Below are positions 26,103-32,000 of a DNA stretch of 32,000 nt, in pieces. Numbering within the stretch: the stretch's first letter is position 1; every line of letters begins with the position of its first letter. Source of the DNA: Halogeometricum borinquense DSM 11551 (GTDB lineage: Archaea > Halobacteriota > Halobacteria > Halobacteriales > Haloferacaceae); the NCBI RefSeq assembly GCF_000172995.2, contig NC_014729.1, positions 270,001 through 302,000 on the forward strand. The letters run 5' to 3'. The notes under the pieces are model-generated. The model worked only from the letters and a program-made list of their open reading frames with translations. It made no database searches and had not been told where the DNA came from. The position numbers and the translations under genes were made by a program.

Positions 26103-28715
26103 ATGCCGAGTGGAGAATACGACCCGGAGACGGTCGAAGCGAAGTGGCAAGATAGGTGGGTCGATGAGGACACGTACTCGTACGACGACAGCGCGGTAGA
26201 CGCCGACACTGCCTTCTCTATCGACTCGCCGCCGCCGACGGTCTCGGGGAGTCTCCACTGGGGTCACGCCTACGGGTTCACCCTTCAGGACTTCGTCGCT
26301 CGGTTCAACCGCATGCGCGGGAAAGAGGTGTTCTTCCCGTTCGGGTTCGACGACAACGGCATCGCCTCCGAGCGACTGACCGAGGACGAACTCGACGTGC
26401 GCCACCAGGACTACGACCGGCGCGAGTTCCAAGAGATGTGCCGAGAGGTGTGCGAACAGTATGAGGCCGAGTTCACCGAGAAGATGCAGAATCTCGGTAT
26501 CTCGATCGACTGGGACCAAACGTACCAGACCATCTCGCCGGAGGTCCAACGCGCCTCGCAGCTCTCCTTTATCGAACTGTACGACGACGGCCGCGAGTAC
26601 CGCCAGCGCGCCCCGGCTATCTGGTGCCCTGAGTGCGAGACGGCAATCTCGCAGGTCGAAACGGAAGACGACGAACAGGGCAGTCACTTCCACGATATCG
26701 AGTTCGAGGTTGTCGATAGCGAGGAAGAATTCGTCATCTCCACGACGCGGCCGGAACTGCTCCCCGCCTGCGTCGCCGTCTTCGTCCATCCCGACGACGA
26801 GGAGAACCAGCACTTGGTCGGCGAAGAGGCGCGAATCCCCCTCTTCGGACAGGAAGTTCCGATTATCGAGGACGAGCGCGTCGATCTCGAAACCGGGTCC
26901 GGGATCGTCATGTGCTGTACCTTCGGTGACCAGACAGACATCGAGTGGTACCAAGCGCACAATCTCGACCTCCGAATCGCTATCGACGAATCCGGGACGC
27001 TCACCGACGTTGCGGGCGAATACGAAGGACTCTCCTCCGAAGAAGCGCGCGAGGCCATCGTCTCGGACCTCGATGACGACGGCGCACTCCTCGACAAGCG
27101 CGCGATTACCCACACGGTCAACGTCCACGAACGCTGTGGCACGGGCGTCGAGTTCCTCGTCAAAGATCAGTGGTACGTCGAACTGCTCGATAAGACCGAC
27201 GAGTACCTCGAAGCGGGCCGCGAGATGGACTGGTACCCCGAAAAGATGTTCACGCGGTACAAAAACTGGATCGAGGGTCTGCAGTGGGACTGGTCCATCT
27301 CCCGACAGCGCTCCTCGGGTATCCCGTTCCCGGTCTGGTACTGCGACGACTGCGAACACGTCGTCGTCGCGGAACGCGAAAACCTACCGGTTGACCCACT
27401 CTCGGACGACCCGCCGGTCGATACCTGTCCGGAGTGTGACCACGACGAGTTCGTCCCCGAAGACGACGTGTTCGACACGTGGGCGACCTCCTCTTTGACT
27501 CCGCTCATCAACGCCGGTTGGGACTGGGACGAAGACGCAGAAGAGATCGTCATCGACCGGGAAGAACTGTATCCGTTCGATGTGCGCCCGCAGGGCCACG
27601 ACATCATCTCGTTCTGGCTGTTCCACACGGTCGTCAAATGCTACGAACACACCGGCGAGGTGCCGTTCGACAGCGTGATGATAAACGGGATGGTCCTCGA
27701 CGAGAACCGCGAGAAGATGTCGAAGTCGAAGGGCAACGTCGTCTCGCCGGACGAAGTCATGTCGAAGTACCCCGTGGACGCCGCACGCTACTGGGCCGCG
27801 GGCTCCGCCGTCGGCGACGACCTGCCGTACTCCGAGAAAGGCCTCCGCGCCGGCGAGAAACTGCTTCGCAAACTCTGGAACGCGTCGAAACTAGTCGATA
27901 GTCTCAGTGAAGACGCCCCCGAGTCGTTCGACCACGACGACCTGAAGCAGATCGACCGGTGGCTTCTCGCGTCTCTCGACCGCGAAATCGAACACGTCAC
28001 CGAGAAACTGCAGAACCGCGAGTTCTCGAAGGCCCGCGACGACCTGCGGAGTTTCTTCTGGAACACGTTCTGTGACGACTACCTCGAAATCGCCAAACAG
28101 CGCGTCCGCGAGAGCGACGACGAGTCGGCGAAGTACACGCTCCGCACCGCGCACCGACGCTTCCTGAAGCTGTTTGCGCCTATCCTCGCGCACGTTACCG
28201 AGGAACTCTGGCGCGAGATGCACGAGGAAACCAGCGTCCACCGCGCGTCGTGGCCCGAACCACTCGGACTCGAAGCCGACTTCGAGGCGGGCGAGACGGC
28301 GATGGCGGTCGTCGGCGCACTCCGCAAGTACAAGAGCGACAACCAGTTGTCGATGAACGCGCCCATCGACCTCGTGCAGGTGTACGGCGACGTGCAGGAC
28401 TTCGAGGCGGACATCAGCGGCGTCATGCACGTCGAGGAGATGGAGACCTTAGCGGAAGAACCGCAGATCGAGTCGGTCGTTACCGGCGTTGACCTCGACT
28501 ACTCGCTCGTCGGACCGGAGTTCGGCGCGCAGGTGCCCGACATCGAGGCGGCACTCGAAGCCGAGGAGTACGAGGTCGGAGACGGCCACCTCCACGCTGC
28601 GGGCGTCGAACTCGCCCCCGAGATGTTCACCATCGAAGAAGAGCGTAAGTACATGGGCGACGGCGAAATGCTCGAAGCGGGCGACGCCGTCGTCATCGTC
28701 CAGCACGAGAACTGA
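26103..28715 (+). CDS. valS: valine--tRNA ligase
   Basis: 870 aa. PPPTVSGSLHWGH (HIGH-type), editing-domain insertion, KMSKSKGN, and an archaeal-type C-terminal domain. Confidence 0.93.
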   Translation: MPSGEYDPETVEAKWQDRWVDEDTYSYDDSAVDADTAFSIDSPPPTVSGSLHWGHAYGFTLQDFVARFNRMRGKEVFFPFGFDDNGIASERLTEDELDVRHQDYDRREFQEMCREVCEQYEAEFTEKMQNLGISIDWDQTYQTISPEVQRASQLSFIELYDDGREYRQRAPAIWCPECETAISQVETEDDEQGSHFHDIEFEVVDSEEEFVISTTRPELLPACVAVFVHPDDEENQHLVGEEARIPLFGQEVPIIEDERVDLETGSGIVMCCTFGDQTDIEWYQAHNLDLRIAIDESGTLTDVAGEYEGLSSEEAREAIVSDLDDDGALLDKRAITHTVNVHERCGTGVEFLVKDQWYVELLDKTDEYLEAGREMDWYPEKMFTRYKNWIEGLQWDWSISRQRSSGIPFPVWYCDDCEHVVVAERENLPVDPLSDDPPVDTCPECDHDEFVPEDDVFDTWATSSLTPLINAGWDWDEDAEEIVIDREELYPFDVRPQGHDIISFWLFHTVVKCYEHTGEVPFDSVMINGMVLDENREKMSKSKGNVVSPDEVMSKYPVDAARYWAAGSAVGDDLPYSEKGLRAGEKLLRKLWNASKLVDSLSEDAPESFDHDDLKQIDRWLLASLDREIEHVTEKLQNREFSKARDDLRSFFWNTFCDDYLEIAKQRVRESDDESAKYTLRTAHRRFLKLFAPILAHVTEELWREMHEETSVHRASWPEPLGLEADFEAGETAMAVVGALRKYKSDNQLSMNAPIDLVQVYGDVQDFEADISGVMHVEEMETLAEEPQIESVVTGVDLDYSLVGPEFGAQVPDIEAALEAEEYEVGDGHLHAAGVELAPEMFTIEEERKYMGDGEMLEAGDAVVIVQHEN

Positions 28716-28728
28716 CGCATCCGTCCGC

Positions 28729-28734
28729 TTTTTT
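28729..28734 (+). terminator. T6 run 14 nt after the valS stop
   Basis: Sequence tgacgcatccgtccgcTTTTTTgg. Oligo-T tracts act as archaeal intrinsic terminators. Confidence 0.45.
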
Positions 28735-28759
28735 GGAGTTGCGCCCAAGCCGTTCGATT

Positions 28760-30046
28760 CTAGCGACGCTCGTCGGATTCGGACGTTAACCGCCACGCGA
28801 CACCGAACGCGTCGGCGACTGCTTCGGGGTTCTCGACGTGTGGGTACGTCAGCGGATGGTTCTCGTTCGCGTCGTCGCCGTTGATTTCCGCAGGGTCGGG
28901 AACTGTGAGTTGCACGTCGGGGGAGTCGTCTTCGTCTGTATCGAACGCCATCGTCTCGGTCCCGAACAGTCGATCCACGGCGTCCGTGGTGATGGTCAGG
29001 TCGGTCACTGCCCCGCGTTCGAGACGTGCCTGCGGTTCATCTAAGAGAGTGTCGTACACGACGAGAACATCCCCGTAGCACCGATATTCGACTGTTCCGT
29101 ACCGGAGGTAGCGCGAGATCGCTTTGACTCCAGCGAACACTCCCGCGACGGTGATCGGTATCAGCACAACAACCAGATCACCGCCGAAGAGTGCGAGTGC
29201 TGCGGCGATGGCGTAGAATAAGAGCACTACACTGGTGAACGTGTATCGAACGCCCCGGTAGAGTGCGTCCGCGACAGCTACCCACCGGTTGGTCCGGTCG
29301 CAGTGTACGGGTTCTCCCGTTGGCTCTGACACTGGAACCGGGAGGATTTCGGTCTCCTCGCTCCCGTACAGGCGGTAGAAGATACCCCGTTTGTCATCGT
29401 CGTGTTCGAGTTGGAGCGTTCGCAGGTCGTACAGGAATTTCCCCGCGACGACGACTGCGACGAACGCGTCGCTTCCGGGTGATTCCTCGAACGGTATCGC
29501 GGCAAACAGGAGTATTGCGACCGCGAAGAGTTGCTTAAACGGGAGTAGTAACAGCGAACGTGGCGAGTGGTTGCGGTACTCACCGTTTCCGAAGTAGTGA
29601 GCGGCCATCTCGATGCCGTGTCCGATGAATACGCTCAGTCCACCAACCAGGATTCGCCCGCCCGTCTCGTCGGTGATGGTTGGATCGGCCAGCCCAAACA
29701 CTCCGAGTGCGACCGCCAACTCCAACGGAGCAAGGAGGAAGGCGGCGATGACGACGCTCGGCACATTCCGGAGATAGACCGGCGGAAGCGGTCCGGGCAG
29801 CGACGTCGAACCGCGCTTGGTCTGTAGCGGACCGAACAGTCCTCGCTCACCGAGGGCGTTGTTCGGGCGCTTGGCCGCGAATGGCATCTTCACCATCGAC
29901 CAGAACAGGACGACCGCGATTTCGGCGATAAACACGCCGAAGAGAACAGTCGTTGACCACCCGAGAAAGAAGATTCCGAGCGGTGCTACTGCGTTGGACG
30001 CGAGCACCGCAAGCACTCCGGAGTCATGGATGGAGGGACGTCGCAC
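28760..30046 (-). CDS. multi-pass membrane protein with C-terminal bacterial-type PH (YdbS/bPH2-like) domain
   Basis: 428 aa. At least 6 hydrophobic segments. The C-terminal part has two TM helices followed by LRYGTVEYRCYGDVLVVYDTLLDEPQARLERGAVTDLTITTDAVDRLFGTETMAF, the TM-hairpin plus PH-domain pattern. The family assignment is from memory only. Confidence 0.6.
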   Translation of the reverse strand: MRRPSIHDSGVLAVLASNAVAPLGIFFLGWSTTVLFGVFIAEIAVVLFWSMVKMPFAAKRPNNALGERGLFGPLQTKRGSTSLPGPLPPVYLRNVPSVVIAAFLLAPLELAVALGVFGLADPTITDETGGRILVGGLSVFIGHGIEMAAHYFGNGEYRNHSPRSLLLLPFKQLFAVAILLFAAIPFEESPGSDAFVAVVVAGKFLYDLRTLQLEHDDDKRGIFYRLYGSEETEILPVPVSEPTGEPVHCDRTNRWVAVADALYRGVRYTFTSVVLLFYAIAAALALFGGDLVVVLIPITVAGVFAGVKAISRYLRYGTVEYRCYGDVLVVYDTLLDEPQARLERGAVTDLTITTDAVDRLFGTETMAFDTDEDDSPDVQLTVPDPAEINGDDANENHPLTYPHVENPEAVADAFGVAWRLTSESDERR

Positions 30047-30118
30047 AGTTACCGGCTTGACCGAAGCAACAAACAGACACCGTTTTGACGTGATTCCGTT
30101 GCGCCGTCGCGGGCCGAT

Positions 30119-31177
30119 TTACAGGTCGGCACCGACGGCTTCGTCGATGGAGTCGAACCCGTCGCGTTCGAGGAGCGTGAGGAGTCCTTCGTTGATGTCG
30201 CGCGTGAGGGTCGGCCCCTCGAAGACGAGGCCAGTGTACAACTGGACGAGACTTGCCCCAGCACGAATCTTCGCGTACGCGTCTTCGGCCGAAGCAACGC
30301 CGCCGACGCCGACGACCGGCACGTCGGTTCGTTCGGCGACGAAGCGGACCATCTCGGTGGCTCGTTCCTCGATGGGCGCACCGGAGAGGCCGCCGCGTTC
30401 CGCACGATTCGGGTTCTGTAGTTCGGCGGGCCGGTCGGTGGTCGTGTTCGTAGCGACGACGCCGTCCAATCCGTACTCGTTGACAACGTCGAGGGCGTCT
30501 TCGACGGCGGGGTCGGGTAAGTCCGGTGAGAGCTTCACCAAGAGGGGGTCGGCACCGGCGTCTACGAGTCCACCGAGGATGGCCTCCAACGAATCGCGGT
30601 TCTGGAGGTCGCGGAAGCCCTCGCTGTTCGGACAGGAGACGTTGACCGCGACGTAGTCTGCGGCGTCTGCGACCTGTTCGTAGGTGTAGCGGTAGTCCGC
30701 GGGCGCGTCCTCGGCGTCGGTGGACTCCGAGAGGGCGAGGTTGACGCCGACGGGAATGTCCGCTCTCGGCCCTGCGGCGAGACGCGCGCCGACAGCGTCA
30801 GCACCCTCGTTATTCAACCCCATTCGGTTGATTATCGCGCCGTCTTCGGGGAGACGGAACATGCGCGGGCGGGCGTTGCCGTCCTGCGGTTCGGCCGTCA
30901 CGCCGCCGACTTCGACGTGTCCGAAGCCGAGCGAACCCAACACGTCGGGTACCTCGGCGTTCTTGTCGAATCCGGCGGCGACACCGACTGGGTTGTCGAA
31001 CGAACAGCCGAACGCCTCAGTGTGAAGCCTGTCATCTTCGACTCGGTACCGCGTGGCGAGTGCATCCTCGATAGGCGTGTGTTGGACGGTTCGCAGTCCG
31101 TGATGAACGAGTCCGTGCGCCGTTTCTGGCGGGAGCGAAAACAGTGCTGGTTTGAGTATCCGATAGAGGAGGCGCAT
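30119..31177 (-). CDS. pyrD: dihydroorotate dehydrogenase (quinone), class 2
   Basis: MRLLYRILKPALFSLPPETAH N-terminal extension, GFDKNAEV, NRMGLNNEG, NVSCPNSEG, VKLSPDL, ATNTT, GGLSGAP, GVGGV. The track start at 31228 is trimmed to the ATG at 31177. Confidence 0.9.
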   Translation of the reverse strand: MRLLYRILKPALFSLPPETAHGLVHHGLRTVQHTPIEDALATRYRVEDDRLHTEAFGCSFDNPVGVAAGFDKNAEVPDVLGSLGFGHVEVGGVTAEPQDGNARPRMFRLPEDGAIINRMGLNNEGADAVGARLAAGPRADIPVGVNLALSESTDAEDAPADYRYTYEQVADAADYVAVNVSCPNSEGFRDLQNRDSLEAILGGLVDAGADPLLVKLSPDLPDPAVEDALDVVNEYGLDGVVATNTTTDRPAELQNPNRAERGGLSGAPIEERATEMVRFVAERTDVPVVGVGGVASAEDAYAKIRAGASLVQLYTGLVFEGPTLTRDINEGLLTLLERDGFDSIDEAVGADL

Positions 31178-31237
31178 AGGTGATGATCGCTGTGCAGTGT
31201 CTCTTTCGTCCGAGGCGAGTCGTTCCATCGGACGCCG

Positions 31238-31435
31238 TCAGAAGTCGTGTTCGACTTCGTCTGGATCAGCCTTCTGGATGATAATCTTGCCGTCCCGGAC
31301 TCGCACGAACACCTCGTCGCCGATTTCCATTCCGGCAACGGCGAGTTCGTCTTCGTGGAGGTTCACGTGGACATTATGGTACTCGCCGTTCTCGTCTTTC
31401 GCGCCACTCGGGCTGAGCTTCTTTTTCCGGACCAT
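31238..31435 (-). CDS. small conserved protein, possible SpoVT/AbrB-like DNA-binding fold
   Basis: 65 aa. Basic N-terminus MVRKKKLSP, GDEVFVRVRDGKIIIQKA resembling the AbrB swapped-hairpin motif, and an acidic tail. Same strand as pyrD, 60 nt upstream of it. Confidence 0.5.
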   Translation of the reverse strand: MVRKKKLSPSGAKDENGEYHNVHVNLHEDELAVAGMEIGDEVFVRVRDGKIIIQKADPDEVEHDF

Positions 31436-31651
31436 CGGGGGTCTCTCTGTTCGATGCTTCGCCGTAGGATATACATAAGTGTTGTCTACCCGCTCCCCAC
31501 CTTATTAAAAAACAACGCTGATTTCCCCGATTGCGCTCGTTTTCGATCTCGGAATCTGCCGCTATTTATATACACCTCGCCGCCGCCCCCCGTTTTTCGC
31601 CGATATATTTATGGCGGACCATGTGTTCGGTTGCCATGGAGGTCAAAAATC
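31436..31651. promoter_or_regulatory. AT-rich divergent promoter region with several TATA-like elements
   Basis: tatttatata (31564-31573) and atatatttat (31603-31612) face the MC1 gene. ttattaaaaaac (about 31502-31513) and atacataag (about 31470-31478) face the small minus-strand gene. GGAGGT lies 8 nt upstream of the MC1 ATG. Confidence 0.4.
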
Positions 31652-31966
31652 ATGGTACGCGAGGACGGTAAACGGAACTTCGTACTACGTGAGGAGAATG
31701 GCACGGAGTCGAGTGTCTTCTCTGGAAGTATGCCCCGCCAAGCCGCCTTGAAGGCAGCTCGCCGTCTCGATCCGGTCGATTCGGAAGATAAGGCGCGAGA
31801 GCAAGCAACAGAGATTCGTCTCCGCGAGAAAGGCACCGACAAAGTACACATCTTCGACGCGTGGGCGTGGGTAGACGACGCGCCGGACGACAAGCCGGAC
31901 TGGATGGAGGGTGACATCACGAAGGGGAACGTCTCAAAGCAGGGGATCGAACACCTCGAAGAATAA
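31652..31966 (+). CDS. non-histone chromosomal protein MC1
   Basis: 104 aa. MVREDGKRNFVLREENGTESSVFSGSMPRQAALKAARR...IRLREKGTDKVHIF...APDDKPDWM matches the MC1 family pattern known from Methanosarcinales and Halobacteria. The track ORF (31247..) is trimmed to the ATG at 31652. Confidence 0.8.
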   Translation: MVREDGKRNFVLREENGTESSVFSGSMPRQAALKAARRLDPVDSEDKAREQATEIRLREKGTDKVHIFDAWAWVDDAPDDKPDWMEGDITKGNVSKQGIEHLEE

Positions 31967-32000
31967 ATTCGGGATTCCCTTCGGTTTTCTTCGCGTACGC

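Noticed and set aside
25986-27359. 457-aa minus-strand ORF
   Set aside because: Antisense shadow of valS. No motifs, and the same artefact class.
1-32000. CRISPR arrays, rRNA/tRNA genes, IS elements, integrases, restriction-modification or known defence-system genes
   Set aside because: I looked for regularly spaced repeats, conserved RNA motifs and transposase- or integrase-like translations and found none. The only tandem repeats are the short 15-nt and 23-nt ones reported above.

Overview
High-GC chromosomal segment (about 65% GC) encoding acidic proteins, consistent with a haloarchaeon (class Halobacteria; the gene order looks Haloferacales-like from memory). It is almost entirely housekeeping. 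I call 26 protein genes and no rRNA, tRNA, CRISPR, transposase or integrase. Left to right: serA (partial) divergent from serB; a conserved hypothetical; a universal stress protein; a tightly packed minus-strand 2-oxoacid dehydrogenase operon (E1alpha-E1beta-E2-lpdA) preceded by lipoyl synthase lipA; a Ski2/Brr2-like Sec63-domain helicase; a HAD hydrolase; a NucS-N-domain/zinc-ribbon protein; endA overlapping trpS; a divergent ornithine-cyclodeaminase-family / FAD-oxidoreductase pair; pheS-pheT; a Cys/Met PLP enzyme; valS; a membrane PH-domain protein; pyrD; a small AbrB-like protein; and chromatin protein MC1. The clear outlier is a roughly 2.7 kb low-GC islet (about 9184-11900) between lipA and the helicase. 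It holds a 527-aa protein with a textbook DUF4157 zincin module (HELAH plus downstream LEREAEE) and a divergent C-terminal domain whose motif pattern resembles NAD-utilising TNT/ART-type toxins. A 112-aa ORF follows, coupled by a TAATG overlap and a GGAGGA Shine-Dalgarno. I read this as an orphan, horizontally acquired polymorphic-toxin/immunity-like module in an archaeon, with no visible delivery machinery in the window. It is the best candidate for an undescribed system here. Secondary observations: short tandem repeats in two convergent intergenic regions; a large insertion and a Cys4 motif in TrpRS; a 335-nt GC-rich spacer upstream of pheST; and a strongly AT-rich block upstream of the PLP enzyme gene. 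All homology statements come from reading the translations by eye. No database search was run.
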